A DNA stretch of 64,000 bases from Tubiluchus corallicola (Eukaryota; Animalia; Priapulida), in NCBI GenBank assembly GCA_030141605.1, contig JAQGDQ010000038.1:434001-498000 (forward strand). Direction: 5' to 3'. Of this stretch, positions 12,401 to 26,127 are shown piece by piece. Both the position numbers and the translations under genes were made by a program. Below the pieces are notes generated by a model that had not been told where the DNA came from, did no database searches, and saw nothing but the letters and a program-made list of their open reading frames with translations. Numbering within the stretch: position 1 is the first letter of the stretch; the number at the start of each line of letters is the position of its first letter.

Positions 12401-15343
12401 ATTTACTAACTGAAATCAAAGTACTTTACAGCAATTACAAATGCTGTAAAGTTTGTAGTGATAATGTAGTTTACGGCGACGCTGTCTCTTATTAAACTCA
12501 TATAAAAATATCAGTACCTCGTAATACATATGATCATCAAAATATGTGCTCTTTGTAAATGAATTACGTTATAATTATAATATAAGTAAATTTTAAATTA
12601 CTGTAATCTGCATGTTGTAGTAAAATTTATTATTCTGTGTTTATCGATTGCAAGTTAATAGTCATGTAGGCCTAACGTTGTCCAACACATCTTCAGATAC
12701 AGATTCGAATTTCGTTGAAATCCATGTTACACCGAATAGCAGCTTCATTTTCTAAAGCACGCTAGCTCTTGTTAATTTAATTTAACGTATAGTAGATCGC
12801 GACACCAGAGTTTTAACAAGTGCGGTTAATAACAAATTATTGTGTATCATGTGGTAACACCCACCTTTGAGATAGAGGAAATATAGCATTACCCTCGAGA
12901 CGTGGCAACAAATATTTTATTCGGTTTAACCCTGTCATTTATATCTCCAAAAAATATCCACAAAAACCCGTATTATATATAATACATGTATTCTAATAAG
13001 TTCAGTCTTATAATAATGCGCTACCTATAGCTGTCACTCACTTGCCATCAAAGACAGCTGCTGTGCATTTCGTTCATAATTGGAATAATAATCGTTTTTA
13101 ATTAAATGTTGTAGCCAAGAGTTTCCAAAATCTGTGTTGTCATCTGCAAATTTAATATAAATAGTATAGCTGTGTGAAACTCTAATGTGCTAAATTATTA
13201 AAATCGGGCTAAAATCCGTTTTATTGATACAGGTGGATTCACAGAATTACACAGAAAATGCTCGCTAAAATTGTTTATATGCACCAAAATTGATTAAACT
13301 TCAAACTTTAAAATATCTAAATTGCGAAGGATCTTGTTTCGTTTTTAGCATCAACAAAATGCACGAGTTGTCGCCACTTAATTGTGACTGTCAGTATCTC
13401 TGAGTGTATTCATAAATTCATACACTCATACTATAGATATTGTAGCTAGTTTTCGTCTTTTTCCCCATTCGGGTTGTTACCCGCGGCAAGCGATACTAGT
13501 ATTGCATGACAGATTATACAACCAGCAATTTATAAACACATTAGCGTTTGCGTACTAACATGCAGTTGGCTTTAGTAACAGGATAATGTGGCTTAAATGG
13601 TCTGTAATGTCCATTTTAATAAAATTTAATAGCTACTGATTAGTGTCGTTTGATCAAATTGTCATAAAATCATATTGCTGCGCTTAATTGACGGCTATGG
13701 ATCATGAAATCCATCAAACGTGATGTTTCGATATCGTGACGATGACGATGATGATGATGACCACGGGTGGGACAATTAACAGCGATGGTGATCAGGTTCA
13801 TGACCACGAAGGCGATGACGGCGTTAATGATGATAGATAATGGCGATGTTTTGCTGGTGATACCCTGGCTGGTTTTACTGCAAAAATTACCGCAAACTAC
13901 GGCCTGGGCGCAAAGGCTGGCGGAGCCTAGAAACTCATATTATGTAGTTGGGGGAAAGCAAAGAATCTTGTGACGCATCACTTGCAGGCGTGCCGCTTAT
14001 ATTAAATGGGCCTAAGTCAGCCAGACGCTACCGTCAGCTGAGAGATATTGAATTTTTCACAAGCTTGACAATACACCAGCTTAAACAATGCTATTTTAAA
14101 GAAGCCAAAACAAACATAAATCGTCTAGGCTACGGGTGCCAGAGCAGAGCTCTCATGGAGTCAATGCTTAGCTAACATATGGACTAGCTGAATAAAACGA
14201 ATATGAATAAACACTTAATTTAGTAAACAAGGGGTGTGGGCATCGAGGGAGAGAAGATAGAGTTTAGTTTACTGTCCAGAAAAAGAGTGGTTAAAACATT
14301 CAAAAAACGTTCGCACGGCCAAATTATAGTCCACTAGTCCACTTATCGACTCAGGTTATGTTGAAACTTGAAGTCAGAAGTCACCCGCGGGACATGTAGA
14401 AGAAACATGCCTTATAATACATATCAAATGAGAAGAGCACTTTATTGCTGCAAATGGTAAAATTGATACTGGAAGTCCCCCCGCGCGACAGACTTCATAA
14501 GTTACCAACACCACACGATGATTATGAAACCTGTTATGATGATGACGTCACATTTCACAAAAACTGTCTAAACAGCTGTTTGTCTGACGTTTATTTTTTC
14601 TCACTGAGCAGGTACGAGCCCAGGACGAAGATTTTAATTGGTAAAATAGCTGAGAGGTGGCAGCACTTTGTTCAGGATACGACTATACGGGCATGCGTTT
14701 GGTGCGGTGTTGTAAAATTAATATCACACTAAAGGATGTAAACTCGTGAACATTTCTGTTCCACGTAAGAAAATTTGTAGTACTATTTTGGTGTCGTTCA
14801 ATTGATTTCCCTGACTACAGCTTTGACTATTTCTAAACGTGTTCATTTTGTGACAATGGCAGTGGAAACTGAGTCCTTTCTGGATTATAGAAACTGCCTT
14901 GTTAGATCGGTAAAGAAATTCCAGTTCGCACGCACAGTTGACATTTTTTCGCAGTACTTTCCACCGGATTTCCCGTCCTTTAATGAGAAACGCTATCTTT
15001 GTAAATTTGTGTGTACCGTGACGACAGTTCACTTCAACAGTAATTGTAAATTGGAACAAATGCTGCAAACAGTAAATCCCACTAGTTTATAATATAGTGT
15101 AATGTTATTAATTTGGAAGTGAGGTGGGTAGTCATCGAGTAGCCAAATGGTCACTTCCAAACCCTAACATGCAATGTACTTTAACAGAGCATATAATACT
15201 TGTAATATTTAAGCATAGCGCAAATTCAAAAATCACTAAGTGTGACTAAAATAACACATATTTCTTTTACAGTAGACTGTGCATAATTCAGTTATGTGTA
15301 ATTTGGAATATTATTCATCTCAGACAGATTCAGTGGAATGGAA

Positions 15344-15547
15344 GCTGCTCACTGTGTTACACGTAGAATTGATAGTTAGGTTCACCTGAGAACCGCTGCT
15401 CACTGTGTTACACGTAGGATTAATAGTCAGGTTCATCTGAGAGCAGCTGCTCACTGTGTTACACATAGAATTGATAGTCAGGTTCACCTGAGAGCAGCTG
15501 CTCTCTGTGTTACATGTAAGATGGATAGTTAAGTTCACCATCTGCTG
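15344..15547. repeat. 51-bp minisatellite, 4 copies
   Basis: Units start at 15344, 15395, 15446 and 15497; consensus GCTGCTCACTGTGTTACACGTAGAATTGATAGTCAGGTTCACCTGAGAGCA. Confidence 0.9.
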
Positions 15548-17438
15548 CGTTTGCACCTTATTCAAACAACAAATCTGAAGAGAAATGGAAGAGAAAATTG
15601 ATAAACATCAGTCTGGCAATAGATTAGGTAGTGACTAGAAATGAAATTGGATATTTTAACCTTGACAGTTTTTTTCTGAATAAATGCATACAATGTTTTT
15701 ATGCATATCAAATTTCACAGTTGATTGCTTAATTACGATAACTGTGCCATTCTATTTTGAGCTGCAGTGCAGTGGGTGTGTAACTGCCATTAGTGCAGTG
15801 TATTTTGTAAATAAATTATTCAAAACAGTCAATCAACAATAATTTATTATTTTAAATCAACGTGAGTAACATTTGGCTGTGAAGCAGGCTTCTGTTTCAA
15901 TAAGTAGACAAATGCAAACATACAGTACAGTCACCATGAAATAAATGCACGAATAGGCATCTGCGCTAAACTCGGTTTATCGCGCAGATAGGACAGTTTT
16001 TTTGGCCCTTAGCCCATCCGAGTTATGCAGAGTTTACTGTATTTGCTTCTGCATTTATTTGCATGTAAGAAAAAGTGTGGTTTTGTGTACATGCACAACT
16101 TTATTGACAGTATAGTCAAACTATTTTGGTCTATAATAGTGTGCCTTATTACATACAATTTGAGTGTTTTTGCTATACCAGTTATAAAGAAAAATATAGT
16201 TGCCTGTTAATTTTGTTTGGCCAATATGCTTTTTGTTATGAATACGATTTATGTTACATTCATAAAGCCATAGTGCTGTTGGAATCTATAATTTTACCAG
16301 TTGTAACATATTCTAGCACTTGCAATAGCATGATAAGCCTATAATATCCAAGTATGATAACACTTGGTAAGTTTATCATCAAATACTAAAAAATTTGCTT
16401 ACAAGTATATAATCCCTTTAAACTGTCTTTGTCCCAACAGTGTAAACAAGGCTTTAACGTGTAGTCCTACTAGTTACCTAAGTACTGTAGGCCTACTTGC
16501 TTTTCTGACCACGTCTTACTTTACGTGAATGCAGCTGCATTTTAAGTAGACTGAAGAATCTCTGGTGATCTTAAATAGGAAAGTTGTAGATCAGTTTAGA
16601 ATTAGAAAATGCAGTTTAAGATCAGTCAGTGGTTAAGGACATGTTTGTGTGTTTAAGGCATTTTGTTTAATACGAAATTACCAAATACTCAAACTATAAT
16701 TTTGCAAAAATTGTATGAAAATTGTTTTTAGTAATTCTGATTTTTGTTTAACAGAGATCGCATATTGTATAATAGTTCTTAGTTCAGTAAACAGCAACAG
16801 TAACTGCCAGCAAGCAAGGTGATGTTGGACAAGTCAGCAAAACCAAAAAGTTAACAGTTCAACGTTGTGAGAGAATGATTAAGGTATAAGGTTATTTATA
16901 ATAGATCTTAAAATGCATACTAATGTGTTGAGTTTCATGTCAATAATTTAAGATCTGACTCGGACTCCTTACAAACAAATTATAATCTGTAACTTAACTG
17001 GAACCAAATTAATTGTTGACTTAACTGGTACTCCAGATGGTGAAACACAGACTTGATAAATGACAGTGGCTTGCTACACATTCCTAAACAGACTAAATTT
17101 GTATGCTATAAACAGTTAAATATAACCTTCTTGCTAAACTACTCCAACCATATGTTTGATCTATATGGTTGACTTGTCAGCTGGTGATTTGTATATTATG
17201 TTTAAAATTGGAATTCTGTACATTTCACAATTTTAACTTTGCATATTGTATGTAACTAGTTCATTGCTCCTCAAAATAATATTACTTTATATAATGTGAT
17301 CACACAGTTGCTAGTAAAATTATGTGAAAAATAATTTTGGTATACAGCAGAATTTAAAACTTCAGTCATAATTGAGAAATAACTTGAGAAATGGTGAAAT
17401 TTTGTATCTCTTTGATGTGACTCAAGGTTAGCCTTGCC

Positions 17439-17932
17439 CTGTAGCGGATAGCCCTATAGGCTGAATAGGCTGAAGCCTAAGGCCCGGGATCAAAAGGGGC
17501 CCGGCAAAATAAAACGAAAAAAATTTTTTGTTGTAAAAAAAAATAAATTGACAAAAGAGCAAGGGGCCCGCCAAAATAAAATATAGAAAAAAGTTTTTTT
17601 TTCAAAAGTCAGTCACTATATTTCAAATCGGGTTTACACAAATCAAGTTTACACAATTTAAGTTTACACAATTCACGTTTACACAGTTTAAGTTTAAGTT
17701 CAAAATTTCAGTTTCCGAATTTTTCTGGGGACAAAGTCAGTTATAATTTCTGAAAAGTCCATTTTTTTCAACATATCTGACTCAATATGCATCAGTGATA
17801 AATTGTTTAATTTGTCATCCTTTACAAACGACGAGAGCTCCACAAAAACACGTCAGCTCAGCAGTGTAGCTACATTTAAAAAGCCCGTTCCAAGCTCAAG
17901 CCTAAGGCCCATAAAATCATAATCCGCCGCTG
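17439..17932. mobile_element. hAT-type MITE
   Basis: Perfect 8-bp TSD GCCTTGCC (17431-17438 and 17933-17940). Imperfect TIR CTGTAGCGGAT...ATCCGCCGCTG. The subterminal AAGCCTAAGGCCC occurs near both ends. Confidence 0.85.
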
Positions 17933-18783
17933 GCCTTGCCGCCTTATTTATAGCTCGAACTTTACTTAGAAGTCGGAATTAATGACTCAATATTTGACTT
18001 AGATGCTCAAGACTCAGCTCACCTTTGGTATCATAATAATGACTTAAATGCGACATAATGCCATAATGATTCATAATTGTTGACTCAAAACTCAACTCAG
18101 GTTTGGGTCATTGTGACTCAAGCGCTCTAATGCCATGTAATTGTAAAATACTTGCAATACTTGTAAATGATTGTAATGTAGTGATTGTAAAATACTGTGT
18201 GCTTATGTTCATTTTTGTTTACTTGAAAGCATGCGTGATACGTGGGTCAACATGGGTTGCACTTTTGTCGCAGTACTTATTAAATATTTGTTTAGTACAA
18301 AATGCTGATATGATTTGCAGATTTGAACAGTAATCGTTAAGTTATAGACCTTGTATGACAAAAACCATGCACTTCAGTCTTAAAACCACGCAGTCAGTCA
18401 GTGTCACCTATACTATTTAGTACAAAGATGAAATAATTAATAAATTAATCAAATTAGCTGGCCAAAATCCCGCAGTGAATCTTAGCTGTGACATGTTATA
18501 ATAATTATATAATTTGAAAATACTATTGATATTATAAAGTTATCTCCAACTCCTGTCTGCTTATGTATATTAGTGTTGTATAATAATACATAATAATTTA
18601 AAGTGCACTACAGCTAGAGCTTACTTAGTTTTTTGAAGATGACTTGCAGTCTTAAAAATTATTAGGCAGTTATGTTTGTACAGTAATGTACTTTTGATGA
18701 GTTTATAGTGTTCATGGATGTGTTTTTTCTTGTTAGGAGAATCTGTAAGATCTTTTGTCAGGTGTGCTTATTAAAAGCTGAGG

Positions 18784-21700
18784 ATGGCTGAAACAACTTC
18801 ACAAGAAGCTTTACCTGCAACTAAATGTCATGAAAATGACTCACTGACACCAGGAGCTGCATCAAGTTCAGCTACAAATGCGTTTGAGGGAGATGACCAT
18901 GCTCTTTCTCCCTCAACTGGCGAAGCAAACCAACCAAAATCAACACAGCCTCGCTTAAATTATATTCAGCTTGAGCTAGCAACACCAAGTCAAACTACAG
19001 ATGGCAGGTAAGTGTACTTTAAGATTTGAAGAGATTGCTCTTATCTACTCAGATTATTTATAAATACTTTCCACAATAAGGCCTTTCTGAACACTAGAGT
19101 TAAAAAAGAAGACTTCTTACTCGTATGATTTTTTATTGAATTTTCATTTGTGTTTTAGTTCTAAAGAACCTAGGTTTGTAATACATGGCAATGCTCCCAA
19201 AACTCAGTACGTAACTATTGTACCTACAGGAAAAACTGAGGTAAGAGAGTTTCGTTTTTGCTTGAGTCAGTGGTTATGAGTTCTTTACAGAAATTCATAA
19301 ATTTCAAAACCAAATTTTTAAACACCGATTTCAGATCAGAATTTTTTCAAATGACTATATTTCAATCACAAAGAGAACAACCAACTGATTGGACTTGTGT
19401 TTCCCCTTTACAAAATGTATTCTGTAAACAAACAACAAAATTGCTGTTTTAGAAAATGAATGTTTTTTTATTATCATCTCTAAAATATAATGAAAGTTTG
19501 TAGAAGGAATGAAGTCCCTCTAGAAGGAATTTACTAAACTAACTGTTTGAAGTGACTAGAAATGGGATGATAAATTTGACGCTGGCTTAGATTTTTCTAG
19601 GAGCAAATGATCAGCAACATTACAACACCACCACTTGCATATATTCTTTCAAGCTGTTGCTCTAGTGCTGTCCATGCTAGAGCCTACACCACATTCTGTG
19701 GCATTTTTCAGTAGATGTAGGTTTTCTTTATTGTTATAGTTTTTTCTCTGTCAAACCTTCTGTTTAGTGCGTGCATGCATAATAGCATATTTTAATGTAT
19801 TTTTAAACATATTTGCTTATAGAAACGCTTTATAGAACATGCTCAGGGAAAGCTAGCACATACTGTGTAGTGTGTTTGCTACAGTGAGTGCACAGTGACA
19901 TGTAACTAACCAGCTTATATTTCTTTTTATGCTTTCAAATGTTTATATTTGTTTAAAAGACTAGATACACAATAAATGAATACCTTTATAGATTGTAGAA
20001 GTTTGAGTAATTGAGATTAGTCAAACTTATGATCTCTGTTCTTTGCTTATATGGAAATGTTGGTGTGTGAACTACTAGTCAAAGTACAAGCTTTATTTTC
20101 ATAACCTAAATGCTTTAACATAAAATTTGGCGAAGACTTTATCGTATTTTGTCATGAGACGCTGCTTGTACAAAACACGATAGCTGAATATTTTATGTGC
20201 CTATAAATAATCTTTAAAGAAGAGCCAAATATTTAAATAGTAAGAGTAAAGCACGAAATAATAAATGCTGTCTACATAATTTACAGAATGTGCAGCTGTG
20301 AAGGATCATAATTGTAATTTTTATTTGTCATACTTTCACCTGTAAGATAGTCCACCTGATGATGTCATTTGTGCCGAGAAGTCATTATTCTAAATCATTC
20401 GGTTTTAACTTAACTCAGTTTCTGACACTTATCCTTTGTAGGAATGTAATTTGGTTATGGACACTAAGACACAGTTGTAGAACTGCTAACCCTGACTTCA
20501 CTGTTTATTTTAAAACCAGTTTATTAGGATCGGTTGAGAACATTTGCAACTTACTGCATGACCTTCTTTATAGTATAAACTTAACTTATTAAGCGTTTAA
20601 GTTAATGAATAGGTATGTAGTCATACGGCATAGAAACGAGTAAAAAAATATAGAAACTATGCAAGTCTGTAGCAAATTTAAAAAAAATTAAGCAACTCCA
20701 ACTATTTTATTCTGTAGTTGCAAAATGTTCTGTCACCAAATTAATGAATAAATGTTAGTCGCATATTCTGTTGAATTGTATGTTAGCCAACAAGGAGATC
20801 AGTAGACTTATACAGCTTTATTTATGCATTGCTGAAATGTTAAGATTCTATATGATAAAGAAAAAATGTTAATGTCAATGAATGAATGGGCAAATGTGTT
20901 GATTCAGTGCTAATCAGGATCTGCACATGTTTGCCTTATTTAACCTTTAACCGAAAGTTCAGCCAGAATAGCAAGAAAAATTATCGAGTCACAAAATTTT
21001 GTATCGAAGAAAAATTAGGAGGGCACAGTGACATCCTTAGTTTCATCATATTGTCTGCAGAGTAAAATTGCTGATAGACCATTTTATAATTTGATGAAAA
21101 GTCACATTTCTGTGTATGTGCAACCCAGCATGTAGGGTTGAAATGATGGCATGAAACAAACTCCAATTCTCTACAAGTAAATGAATTGCATGTGTATTTT
21201 TCTATGTACGACTTGATGTAGTTCTGTCTTCTTTCACTTGACTAATACTTGTAGGTAAAATCAAAATCTTTGCCTGGATCTCCTCTAAGTTCACGGCGGC
21301 CAGGGCAGTATGTCAACGTCAATCTACCATCAATTTACAAGAACACTTATGAGAATTTTGTAGTTTTGGGTGCCCCTCCACCATCTCAGGTAACAAAAAA
21401 GTATATGTAGTATGGAGGTGGTGGTATAATCAATGTCAGTTTTATTAATATTAATGTTTGTATGATTATTATTATTGAGCATGCTGCCATATGACTCTTG
21501 CATGTAAACTAAAAGCTGACTTCTTCTAAGAAAGATGTTGTACACTTTTACAGGAAAACTATTTTCTTTTTTATGACATATATGGCATTTTTTGTAGAAC
21601 ATCCATATAAAATATAATATATATAAGTATGTGTTTTTTTAACAGGAGGCACCTAGTTCAACAAGTGGCGAAGTCAAGTCTCCAAAGCATGGTATGTAAA

Positions 21701-24700
21701 TCATACATCTTAGAATTACTTAAAATGTCAGTCCAGTAGAACCTCGATTATTCACACTAATAAAGATAAGAGACAGGGTTTTCGAATTCCTTTTGGTGAT
21801 TTTACACAAGTCAGTAGAATTCATAACTCAAGTGTGAAAGTTTTTTGAGAAATTGTACCCATATTTTTACAAATGTGCCTGCAGAATGTGTTCATATAAT
21901 TTGTTTTTTCTTTTGATATATGATCAGTTAAGTTATAAGTATTGTGTTGATTGTGATTTGGTTAAAGCTGATAGTATTTTTCATCACACTGTAAGGTCTT
22001 GAAAATGGTAAATTTGAATTTTCATAACGATTGTGTTACAAAATGATAGAATTATGTACACGTTTGAATTTGAGTTTTTTCACAAATTTTTGTGATTATG
22101 TCCAGATAAATAAGATTTTTCTGCACATTACTTCAGAGAACCAAGCAGAATAGCTTTTTAAATGTGTTTAATTGCTGAACTGTAGCAACTGAAGTGAGAA
22201 ATCAATTTTCACAGATACAGCTTAGATAAGCAAATTTATTTATTTGAGTATTTCTCTGTGGCACGAAACATACAGTTTCTTTTTGAATGAAATTAATCCT
22301 ATACAAAAAGTTAAATTTTACATTTGGCAACATCTAAACCAAAAAGTTATTTGGAAGCCTTGCAGATTTGTCTGTGTGAGAAAATAAGTATATCATGTTA
22401 TTTTTTTCATATATTCAATGCGTAGTTCATTATTTTCTCACTTGCGTTTGATCTTCAGATAAGCCATTGCCGAAGGAACCTACCACTGCAGATCGTAGCC
22501 ACATGCCTGCTGAATCGGTTGAGAAGTCATTGCAACAAAATCTTCAAAGCCTTGATCTTCATATTGTAAGTAATACTGCAGTCAGTTGCAATGTCTTTAA
22601 GCTTTCTGCAGTTTGCCTCATAATCACTTCATTTATTAGCTTTAATACAGTCACTGGCTGAAAACCAATCGTGTAATTTTCCATAATTATTACAGATCTA
22701 ATTTCTTCGTAACTACTACAAAATCTATTGATCTTAGTGTCTTTTGCATTTAATTGTACAGTGGTGTCTATATTTAAGTAGTTTTAGACCAGGAAAATTT
22801 GTCCAAGGTTGGGAATGTTTTTGACTAGTCTCGACGAGGGGAGAATTTTCTGTTAATTGCTGTGAACAGCAAATGTCAAAATTTATGATATGTGCGTTGA
22901 TAATTTCTGCTAATTCAACTACTTTTTTAAAATAGTAAATAACTAAATTTGTAGGTAATTCCAAGTTAAATTTGGATATAACTCATTTATGACAACTGGT
23001 TTGTTTTTTTATCTGTTATTGCTTTCGTTTTTGGACAGGGAAAATGTTGTGAGTTATTAAAGCTATACTATTTCATTCCATGTTGCTGCTATGTCTCTGC
23101 TGTCTGTTGCTGATTATTTTTGCTCTGATTAAGTCAATGTAAGTTTGCGTGTTATTGATTTGTGCAAATTTCATGGTGTAAATCCCAGACATAGATATAT
23201 TTACAGGTTTGTTACACAACGTGTATGTTCCAAAGTTTGATTCACGTTTTGCACTATTCACTCATTGGTGTGTTAAACAATCTAAAATCAATTTGAGAAA
23301 AAAGACAATGCATTACATTGATATGGCTTCCTTGATTTATAGCTGTTGCAGGAAAGCATGTTTATATGTTTCATGTAATCCACTTTTCATTAGAACTTAA
23401 ATAACCTTATGATTTAGTCTATTTAATGTTATTAATTGTTGTTTCCTTTTATGTGCAATGTGTAGCTTGTAAAAATTGTATTTTTCGTCTTTTTTGTCTG
23501 TGTGTTCAGTGTTTGGAAAATTTTATGTTCTAGCCAATAAAAGCAAAGGCTGATTACAAGTCAACCCGTGAAGGTGTTTTATCATTTAGAAAAGGTGATA
23601 CAGCCTACCTGTTGGACAAGTCCAATGAGAAGGGATGGTGGTGTGTACAGATGAGTAATATGGTAGGCTGGGTCCCTGGAGATTACTGGTTGATCGTGAG
23701 TTCAGTTAGTAACTTTTCAATTTGTTATAATGTGGTAAGAATTATGTGCTTTAGCTTGTGATGCTGTGTAGTTTTGTTTTTGTTTAAAAATTGTCCTTGT
23801 TTTAATTTGGTGTACAGGTGCATTGTCATATTTGGCCAGTTTAAAGAATTCAAGTTTTTGTAAAAAACTTTCATTTAGGTACGTTAGTGCTGCTGAAGGC
23901 TTTGACGCCGATTTTCGAAAATATGTTTTTGCCAAATTGTGACCAAAGACGTATTAATACAAAGGTTGTCAATTTCTGACAGTTTGCGATAGACATCTGA
24001 TACTTTCAGACTACAAGATGCTTCTACATGTAATCGTTAACAGATTGATAGAGTGATCACTTATCTTGCAGCAGTAAAGTGATTTAATTAATTAACTAGA
24101 TTAATTTTGGGTTGTGTTATCTGCAGGTGAGAAATCAATCAGGCAGTAACCACAAGAAAGAGCACGTTTCTCGACAAGCTGTGCCTGACCGCAGTCACCA
24201 TGGTGCTATCCGTCGGTCATCTCCAGTCATTGCTGCTGCAGATAGAAAGGCAAGGGTTAAGGAAAAGCCGGGTGCGGTCAAGCTAAAACGAGGTGATGTG
24301 GTACATCCTGATTTGCAATCAGCATTGGAGAATCACAAGCCTACAGCTGGCTCCAGGGTAAACATCCATTTCAGTAGAACCTATTATGAATTGCTTTATA
24401 CTTGTCGTGATGCAATGAAAGTGTAAAAAAATGTAGCATGTATGATTCCATGTGGATTACACTGAAATTTACACTGCATCTAGGAGAGAGAAAATGAACT
24501 GAGAAAAATGCTCCTCTGGCAAATCTAGCACAAAGCTAATGTAAACACGTGATCTCTACAAAATTGTGGTGCATTTTTGCATTTATTCAGATATATAATC
24601 TATTTACAATCTTGCATTCTGTTTCATAATTTCTAATTTAATTAGAATGAGTGTGTTTGTATATATAATTTAAACTGTTTAATTATCCCCTATTGTGTAA

Positions 24701-26127
24701 TTTTATTAAAATGTTTTAGTTATATTAAGTGGCAGTTTTATTCATGCGTAACTAAAATGTGTGAGTTTACTATACACAGAGTGTTGTGCAGTATGTAATA
24801 ATAAAGAATATAATAGACAACATATTTCATCAGTTTCTCTATTCTTTTCATGATTCCATGCCATTTCTGTTTTACCTTGCTTGAGTATGATTATTCTGCC
24901 TAAATTTGTCCATGTTTGATGATCACATTTGACTCTCTACTTCATCGATCGTCATTGATGTTTATTTTAGTATTTGTTATTTTTTCCAGTGTTGTGCGAT
25001 CATGCTCTTGTATAATCTTATCTACCAATCTCTTCCAATTAGTGAAAAATTAAACTGTGCTTTCTGTCTAATAAATGTGTTTAAACTTAATGCTCTCCAG
25101 CTTTTTTAAATTGCATTTTGGTTATGCAAAAAGCAAAATCGTTCAAAAAGCATGAATAATCAAAAAAACATGAATAATGTCGGTACAGTAGTGTCGGTAA
25201 GGTAATCATTTCACAGACCTTCAAGTGTGTTTAATTGTTTTAGGAAGGTTCTCGAGAAGCGTCATCCGAGCGTTTAGTAGAACCAAATCAGGGCAGTCCA
25301 CAGGAAGGACTTCAAGTAGAGGGTTTTGTTGGAAAAATGGATCGCGAGCACTGCGAAGGCCTGCTAACTAAAAAAGGAACTGAAGTTGGTGATTTTGTCA
25401 TCAGAGAAAGTACCAGGAGGGTGGGTTACATTAGTTGCAGATATATTTGATGTTTAAACTTTTAATGTACTGAGTACCCTGCTTGTTAGTCTGCATTGTG
25501 TCTTCGTGAAGTGCTAGAAATACTGAAGCTATAATGGTCTTAGATTTTCTTATGTGGCTGGTTATGTATCCTCAAATTCCAAAATAAGAAGTTCTAGGGT
25601 GACACCAAACCTAAAAAAAGTTGGAAATGTCACTGTTGCTTTACTTTATCCAGAATTGTTTTGCAAATATAAATTTCCTAGATATGTTTAAGATTATGGA
25701 AAATTATGTTTAGTTATAAATTTGCTATACATGTTTGAGATCATCATTATTTTTATAGTCCCTTAATTACATAGATAAAACACTGCTGAAATAACAAGAA
25801 ATGCCTTATAGTTTAACAAAAGACAAATGTTTCATACCTGAATTTGATATTAGTAACTAAGAGTTAAGTGTATATTTGTGCTTTCAACTGTCTTGTTTAC
25901 AGAGTGGGGATTATGTGCTGTCTGTGCTGCATACCGACAAAGTTCGCCACTTTCCACTAACACAAGAGCCCAATGGCATCTATCATCTAGGCCAGGATTT
26001 TCAGTCAATAGAAGAGCTAGTTAAATTTTATCGCGAGAGTGCCTTGAAAACCGTGGACAATGAGTTGATATATCTTCTACGACCCCTAAAACCTGGTAAC
26101 AAGGGGTTCCTTTCCCTTTTTAAGTAA
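18784..26127 (+). CDS. SH3-SH2 signalling adaptor with an N-terminal multi-phosphotyrosine docking region, about 462 aa
   Basis: Coding exons: 18784-19007, 19159-19240, 21255-21389, 21646-21691, 22459-22565, 23534-23695 (SH3: IKAKADY..LSFRKGD..GWW..GWVPGDY), 24127-24357, 25244-25420 (SH2 start: G.MDR...GDFVIRES), 25903-26127 (GDYVLSV..VRHF..FQSIEELVKFY). All junctions are GT-AG with consistent phases. An in-frame TAA lies just upstream of the ATG. Confidence 0.85.

Noticed and set aside
14445-15092. Three overlapping ORFs of 95-114 aa
   Set aside because: No motifs; better explained as promoter/5' UTR sequence of the adaptor gene.
15320-15565. 81-aa ORF with 17-aa repeats; CRISPR-like periodicity
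   Set aside because: Head-to-tail 51-bp minisatellite with no unique spacers, eukaryotic context and no cas genes; the ORF is a by-product of a unit length divisible by 3.
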